From contig CM052838.1 in the NCBI GenBank assembly GCA_028534125.1, positions 46,562,001-46,626,000 on the forward strand: a DNA stretch of 64,000 nucleotides, given 5' to 3'. The stretch comes from Lama glama. Taxonomy: Eukaryota. Of the stretch, positions 37,201 to 49,200 are shown piece by piece (position 1 is the stretch's first letter; every line of letters starts with the position of its first letter). Made by a program: the position numbers and the translations under genes. Under the pieces are notes generated by a model that worked only from the letters and a program-made list of their open reading frames with translations, was not told where the DNA came from and searched no databases.

Positions 37201-40200
37201 TTGAAGGTGGGCCAGTACCTGAACTGCACCATTGAGGAGGTGAAAGGCAACGGGGGAGTTGTTAGTCTGTCTATTGGTCATTCAGAAGTTTCTGCTGCCA
37301 TTGCCACTGAGGAGCAAAACTGGACCCACAATAACCTGCTACCAGGATTGGTGGTCAAAGCCCAGGTACAGAAGGTAAGCCATTCATTGTTACTGCTATT
37401 TTCTAAGGTAAAAATCATTTTTATTGAAGTAGTGTGTGCACACAGCCTAAACTGTGCTGTCCAGTAGGGTGGCACTGGTCCCATATGGCCATCAAGCACT
37501 TGAAATGTAGCCAGTAGCACATGTTGAAATAATATTTTGGATATATTGGGTTAAATAAACTACTAAAATAAATTTCATCTGTTTCTTTGCAGTTTTTATA
37601 ATGTGACTGTTAGGTAACTTGAAATTACATATGTGGCTTTTATTTCTGTGGGACAGTGCTGATCTAAAAGATCAAATGGTATTGAAAGGCTTATAATGAA
37701 GAACTGTCTCATCCCATCTAATCCCCGTCTTTAATTCTTTTAGCTTATCTTTTGAAATTTACCTCCACATTTCTAAGTAATAAGCTTCTGCTGTATCTCA
37801 TGGTTTATCACTTTTAGGCATTGAGTTTTAACTTCTTATCAAGGTAGGTGAAGTTTTGGCTCTCTTATGCTTCCCTTCCCTTCCCCCAGCCTTTCAACAG
37901 AGGTCTAGAAAAATTTTGATTAAATCATTATTCGGTGTTTAAATTATTATGACTACATAAATATATTTACTTGCTGAGCTGGGTAGTATTTGACTCTTTC
38001 TTGAACAGCTTTTTTTCCTGAAGTTGGTAATCAGCTTTGTTTTTGTTACTTGCTGAATTCTCTTCCTATACCTTTCACTGTTTCTATTTTCTGTATCTTC
38101 AGGCCTTTTAAATAATCCTTGTTACTTTTTTTCCCCCAACCTGGAGATCCTTTTACTGTCATCCTGCTCTAATCTGGACTGGTTGCTCTATAGGGCTTCT
38201 GCATAGTTGATGCCCAAGGACTTCCCTTCTCTGTCATGCTGGATCCTTCCCCACTCCCCTGTATTGGTTTTTTTTTTGAGGGGAAGGGAGGTAATTAGGA
38301 GTTTTTTAAATTTATTTCTTTAATGGAGGTACTGGGAATTGAACCAGGACCTCGTGCATGCTAAGCATGTGTTCCACCGCTGAGCTGTACCCTTCCCAAC
38401 TCACTCCGCTGTATTGGATAGAGCTTTCTTTTTCTTTTCCAGTGGGATTTTTTTATATTTTTGGTTGTACGTGTATTTTACCAGTTTCGTGGGGTTGCCT
38501 TAACAAAGGACCACAAACTAGGTGGATTAAAGCAACAGAAACTTATTGTCTCACAGTTCCTGGAAGGTAGAAGCCTGGAATCAAGGTTTTGGCAGGCTAT
38601 GTGCCCTCCAACACCGGCGGGGGAACCATTGCTTCCCTCTTTCTGGCTTCTGGTGGTTTGCTGGCATTCTTTGGCACGTAGCTGCATCGCTCTAATGCTG
38701 GGATAGAGCCTTCTTTGATTCCGTGTATTCCTCTTTTTTGGTTTATTTTAATGTGTCACATTCTCCAGACGCACTCTCAGAAAAGCACATGGGAGGTTAC
38801 TTTCTTGACCTAATGTATTTTGGAATTCCCGAGACCACTCCCAGGTTCGATGATTCACTGGGAGGACTCAACAGGACTCAGCATTGAGTGGTGCTCACGG
38901 CTATGATTTATTACAGTGAAAGGAGGCAAAACAGAATCAGCAAAGGGAAAAGGCCCATGGAGCAAAGTCCCAAAGAAACCAGCTGCAAGCTTCCTAGAGT
39001 CCTCTCCCAGTGGAGTCACAAATGCTGTGTTTAATTCCTCCAGCAGCAAGTTACGACAACACATGTGAATATTGTCTACCAGCAAAGTTCATTCGAGAGT
39101 TTTTATTGGGGCTGGTCACATAGGCACCCTCTGCCTTGCATGTACCAAAATTCAAACTCCTGTAAGGAATTCGAGTGTTTAGCATAAACCTTATTGTTTG
39201 CACAAATAGTTTAGGTACAGTGAGCCACTTAGTTCTAGGAGCAGTGGGAACCCTCCCGAAATCTAAGTTCCCAGACGCCAGCCCAGGGCAGGCTTTTCTA
39301 AGGATCACAGTCTAAGGCCTGCTAATTTAACTCTTTTCTGCACACCTGGTATATCTGAAAACATCTTTATTCTGCTCTAACATGTGATGGATCATTAAGC
39401 TGGGTTTAGAATTCTAGGTCAAAAATAACTCAGAATTTTGAAGTCATTGTTCCCATTGTCACTTGCTCTCTGGTGCTGATGTTATTTTGATTTCCCTTCC
39501 TTTGTATGTTCAAAGATCTTGTCTTTATCCCTTTTATTTTAAAGTTCACAATGATGTGCTTTGGTATGGCTCTCTGTCCATTTATTTGTGCTGCAGACCT
39601 ATAATCCAGAAATGCAGATCGTTCAGTTCTGCAAAAGTTTTTTGTATTGTTGGGTGTTTTTTTTTTAAAATTTTAAATCAAGATATAGTTTACATATAGT
39701 AAATTCACCCTTTTAAAGTGTATGGTTTAATGGTTTTTTAGTGCATTCACAAGGGTGTGCAGGTATCACCACTGTTTAATTCCAGAACATTTTCATCACT
39801 CCAGTAAGAAACCCGGTACCCATTGGTTGTCACTCTACATTCATCCCTCTGTTGAGCCTCTGGCAACTACTAANNNNNNNNNNNNNNNNNNNNNNNNNNN
39901 NNNNNNNNNNNNNNNNNNNNNNNNNNNNNNNNNNNNNNNNNNNNNNNNNNNNNNNNNNNNNNNNNNNNNNNNNNNNNNNNNNNNNNNNNNNNNNNNNNNN
40001 NNNNNNNNNNNNNNNCCTTTTAGGGCTGAATAATATGCCATCGTATGGAGTCAGTAGACGTTTGGATTGTTCCCACTTTTGGCTATTGTGAATAATGCTG
40101 CTATGGAATTTGTGTACAAATTTTTGTGAGGGCGTATGCCTTCATTTCTCTTGGGTATAGATCTAGGAATGGAATTGTTGGGTCATATGGTAACTCAGTG

Positions 40201-43200
40201 TTTAACTTTTTGAGGAACAGCCTAAGTGGCTGCAATGTTTTCCATCCCCACCAGCAGTACAAGGGTTCCAGTTTCTCTCCATTCTCGCGAACATTTATAT
40301 ATTCTATATATATTCTAGATCCTAGCCCCTTATCAGATCTTTTACAAATTTTAATAATTTTCTTTTTCTGAATTTTTTTTGGAGTGGTATAGGTACTGGT
40401 ACTGAGGATTGAACCCTGGACCTCATGCATACCTAAGCACACACTCTACCACTTGAGCTTTACCCTCCCCCAGAATTTTCTTTTTCTGGAACTCCTATTA
40501 GTATGATGTTAGCCTTAATGAATCAGTGTTCTAATTTTCTTACTTTTTCTTCTCTTTGGTTTGATACATGCATGCATTTATGTATGTCCTGCCTTCTGGG
40601 AGAGTCTCCCAACTTAAACTTTTCCATTCTCCATTGAGTTTTTGTTTTGACCACCATAGTATGAGTAAGGCACTAAAAAACTGCTAAGAGGTCTGTGTGC
40701 CTGGGTGGGACTTCTTGACTGGCTGACTTCACTCTCAGGATCAGGAGACTAGCTGACTTTTTTTGAGCAACTTCCAGGTGTCATTGTTAAAAGTCTTTTC
40801 TGGCATATTAGATTTCTCTAGAAAAGATCTCTTCTGACTCAGGAGGGTGCAAGTCTGGCTGTTAAGAGCTAGATGGGAGAAAGGTGGTATGTCTGTATAT
40901 CTAATAATCTATATGATATTCAGAATTTTTCTTAATCCATGTTTTCATGGTTTGCCCTATTCTGTGTTTTGAGTCTGGTGCATTTTCTGTGGTGATGGGA
41001 GAGAGGTGGACCCTGCAGTTTGAGGAGAGGACCTGGGGAATCTGACTTAGTTTCCCTGATTTCAATCAACTTCACTGCTCTGTTTTGATGTGTTTGTCAC
41101 CTCTAGTTTCTTAGCTTTGAGAGGCTCTATAGGGTGATTTGGTCATGGTCAGTATCTCCCTTCTGTAAGCATTTGGGTTTTACCTTCTTTGTCTGCGCAC
41201 ATCACCAAGTTAGTGACAATTTGTCCACGTTGTCAGGCTGGCAGTTCCTTGGGGATCCTTGTTACAAGGCACCTTCCATCCCACTGGGAAATCCCGAGTG
41301 GAAGACTGCTGTCCTCCCAGGCTGGAAGGGAGATGAGCCTCCTGAATAGAGGGACACCCTGTGCCAGGAGTTGCCTTGCCACTTGATTTTATAGGAAGAG
41401 AGATGATACAGGTTAGCAGGGGGAGGAGAGACACACAGTTATCATGGAAAGTGTGGCACTGAGTGCTTAGTATGAATGATATCTTGAACATTCTTGGTTC
41501 TTTCACAGAGATTTTTTTTATAACTGGTTCTGTTTATTTCTAGGTGACTCCACTTGGCCTTACGCTGAAATTTCTCTCATTCTTCACTGGCCTGGTTGAC
41601 TTTATGCACCTGGATCCCAAGAAAGCTGGAACATATTTCTCAAATCAGCCAGTAAGAAATGTTGCACTTACCTTTTCTTGATTTCAGTTGTGTCCCAGTC
41701 AGCTGTCGAGTATCAACAGTGAGCTATGGTCAGGTCCTGGGACTGCGTGTGGACAGGTGTCAGAGAGGAGGAGAGGGGAGTGAAGTGTTGTGGAAGGGCC
41801 ATGAGAGACCACCAGTGGTTACTTCTGGGGCCTGCGATTAGAGAAGGAGCATATGGAGAAGAAGGCAACTTGCCGTTTTTATTTCATGTTCTTCCATATG
41901 GTTTGACTTCTTGTCTTTTCTTTGGTAGTGAATCTTTTGCTTATATAATGTAAAGTGTTTTGGAAGAGTATTTAACATAAGAGAACAAGATAAATGTTTA
42001 AATAGAAATATATAGTTTAAAAAAAACTGTAACATAGATTTAGTTTTTTTTAAAAAAATTCTTAAAAAGAGTGCATCTGGTTAAAATACTGGACAATTGT
42101 GCGGTCAGGCATTAGTGATTAAGTCTGGGTGATTTTTCTACCCTTATTTAAATATTCAAATTTTCTGCAATGAACATGGATATTTGAGAAGAAAATCTCA
42201 ATATATGTTAATCAGAGTTTTATTAAAAATCCCCAAATAATTTATTTTTTAACAGTAACACATGCTAGTGGAAGCTGTAGAAGCTTTGTTGTGTGTATGG
42301 TTTTTTTTCAGTAAAAGTAGGTTTTCCCAACACCTAGTGATAGTATTGTTAACTTTCTGGTGAACCTCATTCTAGTAATTTTTTTCCTTATGGTCATATT
42401 TGTGTACAGAGTTGAGACATTTTACATGCAATGACCTTATGATCAGAGTAGACTGTTTCTGCTGTGTTTCAGAGGAGCTTCTGACGTAGTGACGCCAGTA
42501 CATGGCTTCTGTTGCTTGTATATTATTAGCCTCATGGTGTTGAGGAGACCTGGTATATATTTTCCTGGCCTTGAATAAGCATTGATTCAGTCGGACATAG
42601 TTCCTCTGGGATATCATTTGAACTTTCCGCATGCTGCATGATTGCATGAGCTGATTTTATTTTTACTTAAATTTTTCTTTCTACTTTTTTTCTTTTTTTA
42701 ATGGAGGTACCAGGGATTGAACCCAGGACCTCGTGCATGCTGAGCATGTGCTCTGCTACTGAGCTATTTCCATCCCCCAACACAAGGTGATTTTAGTACT
42801 TCTGTCTATAGCTTGGCCAGCGTATGGAGAATCTTGACCCTCCCAAAAAGTCCTCTCCAGAGTGTCTTATCTCCAGTGTGCTTTGTCCTGCTCATTATGC
42901 CCTTTTCCTCGTTTAGGTAAAGGCCTGTGTCCTCTGTGTCCATCCTCAGACCAGAGCTGTACGGCTGAGCCTGCGCCCCATCTTCCTGCATCCTGGGCGC
43001 CCACTCCCTCGACTCTCTTGCCAGCAGCTGGGAGCTGTGCTGGATGATGTTCCTGTCCAGGACTTTTTCCCCAACATTGGGGCCACCTTCAGGCTGAAGG
43101 ATGGGGCTCTGGCCTATGCCTGGGTAAGGAGGCTCTTTGCTTCATTGAGATGTTACCCAGAAGGACTTTTGGGGTCCTTTAGTTAGAGCAATTATTTTAA

Positions 43201-46200
43201 CAGGTAATCAGAGTACTGTTTTCAGGGTAGGTGATAAAGGTATTGAGTCATCTCTATGTCTGATTTAATGTCTGATTGCCCCAGAATGTTGTCTCTGTTT
43301 TGTCCTTAATCACTTCGTACTTTGTAGCTCAGCCATCTCTCCAATTCTAAGAAACTCTTCAAACCTGAGACCTTCAAGCCAGGAAACACTCACAAGTGTA
43401 GAATCATTGACTACAGCCAAATGGATGAACTCGCTTTGCTCTCTCTGCGGACGTAAGTCTGTCATTAACTCACATGAGGTGTAGAGGTGTGCCCCTGTGT
43501 GGGTGCATGGTCACAGTGTCTCCTGGCCTTGCTTGGTGACGGTTTCCTTTCTTGCCAGCATGATTTTGGTAGCTCTGAATTTTAGGCAGCCTCTACCCTA
43601 GTTTTTAAATCTTGTATTTGCCTTTTGTTCTAGGTCTATTATTGAAGCTCAGTTCCTTTGGTATCATGACATCAAACCTGGGGTCTTGGTAAAGGTAAGA
43701 CCTCAGGTGTATAATTAGATACTCCCCCACTTTCAGACAGTCTTTAGTTCACAGGTTAACTGTCAGCTTATTAGTCCTCATTAAAGTCATGCTCCTTGCT
43801 TCTGCCTGCTAACTGGAATTTGTTTTTCTTCCCTTGGGTAACTTGTAATTAATTTTAAGGTAAAGTCTTGCTAGCACCACCCAACTACACAGAGACAGTA
43901 GGTCATCAATTTTGGGATTCGGTGGTGTTTATTAGTCCAGGTCAAAGTTCTATGATACTTGAGTTACCTGGGATGTTAGTAAAAAGCCAGTTCCAGTTGC
44001 CTCTCCTGTCCAGCCACTTAGCCCCAGTGGAAATCTCCTCTTTATATGGAGTTCATTCCTTAGGAGACCCAGTCCCTTCCATTGGAGAATGTACTTGTAA
44101 GGCAGACAGAAAGAACATGCTCATACATAAAGATGTGAAGGTTCTCATAAATAAACCCTACTGCCTCCGGATCAGTGTGGGGTGGGTGCTTTGCCCCCAT
44201 GAAATCTGGAATAGCAGGCCCAGTTAGCCCAGGAAGGTGTCATTCGAAAGAGAGGTGTGAGATGCTGTGTTGTAAGTAGTGTAGGAAAGACCATTCTTAA
44301 GGCATCATGGCATCTTTTCCTTGCACTCTCTAGGGCACGGTGCTGACCATAAAGCCATACGGGATACTGGTGAAGGTGAGCAAGCAAGTCAGAGGCCTGG
44401 TACCCCCTATGCACCTGGCTGACATCCTTATGAAGAATCCAGAGAAGAAGTACCACATTGGGGATGAAGTCAAGTGCCGGGTGAGCCTCCTGAAGGGTCT
44501 TTGTTGGGGTTTTGGCCAGATGGGAAGAGAGCAGTGCTTCTCAGCTGGAGTTTCTGCATCTTTCCACAAAATGGCCACATAACGTCTGCAGGGCTGTGCC
44601 TGGCATTGGAAAGAGAAAACCAGATTCCTGCCCTTTATAATTGTGTAGGAGTTTCTGCATCTTTCCACAAAATGGCCACGTAACGTCTGCAGGGCTGTGC
44701 CTGGCATTGGAAAGAGAAAACCAGGTTCCTGCCCTTTATAATTGTGTAGTATAATTGAGAGTTAAAATAATCATACACGAAGAGAGCAGGCCCACATAGT
44801 TTGGCGCAGGCTGTACGCTGTGGTCATATTTCACAAAGGGGAGGTGAGGGTAAGCTGGGGCGGTAAGAATCGTTGATAATGATGATCAGTAGCAGCTATC
44901 AGGTATCATGTGCCAGTTGCTATGCTAGGCACGTAACATGCATTATTTCATTTAATCTTTAAAACAGCTCTGTAAAGGGAATACTGTTACCCTCATGTTG
45001 TAGGTGGGGAAATTAAAGCTTAGGAAAGCCAAGTATCTTGCCCAAGCTCACACAGCTAATAAATGGCAGAACCAGTTTTCAAATTGATCTCTATATGACA
45101 ATAATGTCTTCTAGATTTCTGACAGAGGTGGGACATGAACTGGAAAGGAGGGTGGGTAGGATTTGGAAGGTTGAGGAGGAGGAATGGATTTGTCAGGCAC
45201 AGAAATAGCCCCCAAAAAGCTACCAAAACTTGAGTGTGTCATGACAAAGACTTGGATCTTCAGAGAAGCTTCCTGAAGTTGTGAAGATTAAATGCGATAG
45301 TACATAGTAGTTAAGGCTGGGTATGTGCAGGCAGTCAGAATGTTAGAATTTTCTTATTTTCATTTTATTTCATTATTGAGTCAGCAAAGGTATTGATTAC
45401 TTATTGGTACAAAATTTCATGTTAGTGGGATCAGGAGGTTGGAAATAGAGGAACTTCTCTGCCCTCAATGGAATGACCTGAGGAATGAGAGGTGGTTGGA
45501 TCTCTCAGTATTAGTTTATAGCTAGCACACAACAGTATGGAGGTGGAAATTGGCTCAGTCATTCATTCTGTTAGACAAGATGCGGTGGGGAGAGCGCTAA
45601 GGCAGAGCAGAAGTAGCCAACACAGGACTCTGAGGGTGCGTGGGATAATGAGTGTTGCCCTAGACCCAGGAGGGAACTTAGGGGAGGAAGTACATTTGAG
45701 ATAGAGATGAATGCTGTCTAGATTGTCACTCAGCAGGAAGCAGGGAGGCTCTGTGGCTGAGATTATTCTCAGAGGGGAAGAGATAGCAGGTTCTTAGGGA
45801 CTGACTATGGCCTTTGGTCTTGAGGGGGTCAGGGGCTCTCTTGATAGCGGATAACTTGATGATGGCCAATATCCTTCCCTAGGTTTTACTTTGTAACCCA
45901 GAAGCCAAGAAGCTGATAATGACCCTGAAGAAGACCCTGGTTGAATCCAAACTGCCTGCCATTACCTGCTATGCTGATGCCAAGCCTGGGCTACAGACAC
46001 ATGGCTTTATCCTCAGGGTCAAGGACTATGGCTGCATTGTGAAATTCTACAATGATGTGCAGGGATTGGTGCCCAAGCATGAGCTCAGTGCCGAGTATGT
46101 CCCTGACCCAGAGAGTGTCTTTTACACTGGCCAGGTAACCCTTTCCCTAGACAGGCTCCTACCCATGGAGACCCCATGAACACAGATTTGGAGTAGGGGG

Positions 46201-49200
46201 TCTACTTTTTAAGGGATGTGGAAAGAGAGAGCGTGTGGCCTAGTGGACCTGAGCCAGCTAAATGGAGGAGGTGGGAACAGAACAGAGAGAAACCCTCAAC
46301 AGGGTTCAGTGGAAGCTGGAAACAACAGACATCAGGCCCTCAACCTGGAAGAAATTAGTCTTTACCTACAATGCGCTGGTGTCTGTCCTATCACAAATTA
46401 TTCTGAGGCCACTGTCACCACAAGGGGGTGCTGCCATAAAACTAGTGAGTCTGGGTCTGTCTAGGAATAACAATTTTTTAAAACTGGGGGTTGTACCAAA
46501 AAAAATTTATTCATGTCTTTTTTTTTCACCCTAAAAACTGACTTGTGGGGGTTCTATGTAGCCGTCAGTACGTTTCTTTTCACTGCCTTCTGATCTGATC
46601 CGGGGTCTTGGTGTATCGCCCAGGGCCTCTGAGGCACTTGTTGGGGGCAGCTCTCTCCAGGGCCTGGAAGGCCTGCTGGGGGCAGTTGGCCAAGCAGGTG
46701 TGGTTTCTCACCAGGTGGTGAAGGTTGTGGTGCTGAGCTGTGAGCCATCCAAAGAGAGGATGCTCTTGTCATTTAAGCTGTCGAGTGATCCAAAGAAAGA
46801 GTGTGCGGGACACAGTCAGAAAAAAAGAAGAGTCATTAACGCCGGGCAGGTACCTGGACTTCTCCAGACGAGTTATTTTAGTTACTTGTCACTAAACACA
46901 TAGGGTGCCCCTGACACAGTGGGTCCTGGAACCCATGGAGTGGAAAGATCAAAGGAGCTAGATATGGCTGTGTGTCAGAGCAAATGGAAGGAAAGAGAGG
47001 TTCTGTTACAATGTGGCGTGTCAGCGGTGTACTGCTGCCCTCTGTCCTCTCTGGTCCCTAGGGCCAGAATGTAAGGTTGTCTTTCCTTTGGGACCCAGCG
47101 AAGGGACTTGGGAGAGGAGTGATGTGAGCCCACAGATGGGTCCTGCTGTGCTTGTGGGTATGTGTGCCTGCTGGGTCTTTGGGGGTGGTGGGGTGGTGGG
47201 TGGAAGGAAGCTGCTTCTCTGATAGTGACCTCTCAGTCTTCCCTGGTGCTGGAATTTGATGCCTCTGATCTCTACCTGACCTATAAGAGGTTGCTCTCTG
47301 CTGAAGACAAGTACTATTTTTTGTCTTTCTCTTTCCTGGATAGTTGGTGGATGTGAAGGTTTTAGAGAAGGCCAAAGATGGGCTGAAGGTGGCTGTCCTG
47401 CCCCACAACATCCCTGCCTTCCTCCCTACGCCTCATCTGTCAGACCACGTTGCCAATGGCCCACTGTTGTATCACTGGCTCCAGGCAGGCGACACCCTTC
47501 ACAGAGTCCTGTGTCTGAGCGAGCATGACGAACATGTTGTATCCTTTCCTGGGATCTGGGAGTCATGGAATTTGGGGAACCGTGGGCCCTAGGGGGATAG
47601 GGAACTTCAGGTCAGGCTCTGCTCTTAGTTGGAAACTCCATGGAGAGGAAACTGGCCGTCTGACTTCAGAAATACCTCCGTAGTACCAGTCCAGTGGCCA
47701 TGCCTGCACTTTACCTCTGTTCCCCTGGGTGGGGAAGCAGAGCAGGGTCACGGCCCTGCAGGCAGATGCTGGCGGTCAGGGCAGAGTAGGAGTCCAGGGT
47801 GTTGGGGAGAGGCCCTGTGGCACGCCAGGGCCCGCAGGACACTCCCAGCGGTGCATCCGTCTGTCTCGGGGTGCTCAGTGCTCACCCCTTGAGTTAGAAC
47901 AGTTAGGAAGGTACCTGCTGTCCTCCTTTCTCCCCTCCCCTTCCCCACTGGTGTACAGGTCTCAGAATATTCCCTTTGGTCTTAGTGTGGGCACTTAGAA
48001 GGAAGACACTGCCTCCTTTCTCACAGAGTGTAAAATAAAATCTCAGAGAAGATAGGAGAGGAGGCAGGATTGGTTAGTGTGAAGATGGAGGCAGTGATAC
48101 ACAACTGTATCATGGCCAAGGCAGCTGCCACACCGCAGGGATGAGCCATTCTCTGTAGTAATCTGGAGATGAGCTAATGAGGAACAGAGTAAAACAGTGA
48201 TTCCCATACTTCAGTGTGCGTCAGAATCACCTGGAGGGCTTGGGCAGCACAGCTGGCCCTGCCCCACCCCAGTGTCTGATTCAGTAGGTCTGGGTGGTGC
48301 TGAAGGATATGCTGCACTAGCTGGTTCCAGGTGACGCTTCTGCTGGTTGGCCCATTTAGAATCACTGTAAAGAGGATGTAGAGTGGAGAAAGGGGACAGG
48401 AGAGATGGACAGTTCATTTGCGCTTTCTGGAACATTCCTTGATGAAGTGTCACTAGCTCCTTTGCAGGAAGCCAGCTTTGGTCTCTGCAGTAGAGGGTGG
48501 CCAGGATCCCAAGAGCTTCTCAGAAATCCATCCCGGAATGCTGCTCATTGGTTTTGTGAAGAGCATCAAGGACTACGGTGTGTTCGTCCAATTCCCCTCA
48601 GGTCTTAGTGGACTGGCCCCCAAGGCTGTAAGTTCAGCTCCCTGCACAAGGGCCTTTGAGGGGAGACAGCAGGGCCACAGAACCTGAGGGTTGGTGGGAA
48701 AGAGCAGGATACTTTAATCTCTTGAAAGATTTCCAGGGATGTGACATAAAGGCACCTGACTGGCAGGGAGTAGAGCTGAGATTCAGTCCACCCTCTTGCC
48801 CAGCCTTGTGTCCTGGCTCAGAGCTGTGTCCTGGAGGAAAGGGCGCCTTTTCTATGTCACGCTACAGCTTTGGGTAGGTCATTGGATGGCAGGCTTTTCG
48901 ACCAGAAAAGATCCTAGCAATCTCATAGCTGAACCCCCTCCCAGGCCTGCTGAATCAGCTGAGACCCATAGTGGGGAGGAGTCTCACCAAAACCAGCGTA
49001 CAACAGTGGTGAGCAAAGGGCTCATCGCTCATTCCTGCCACACAATTCATAAATATGTTTTCCCTTCTGAAGGTGTGTTCCCCTAATGTTTCGCCTGCAC
49101 AAATCTCATTTGCATCCCCTGCCAGAATAGTTTTTAAAATGGGTGCAGGGGGCAGGGCCCCAGAAACATGCATAGTGAGGAGCAGAGGGTTGCCATTGGG

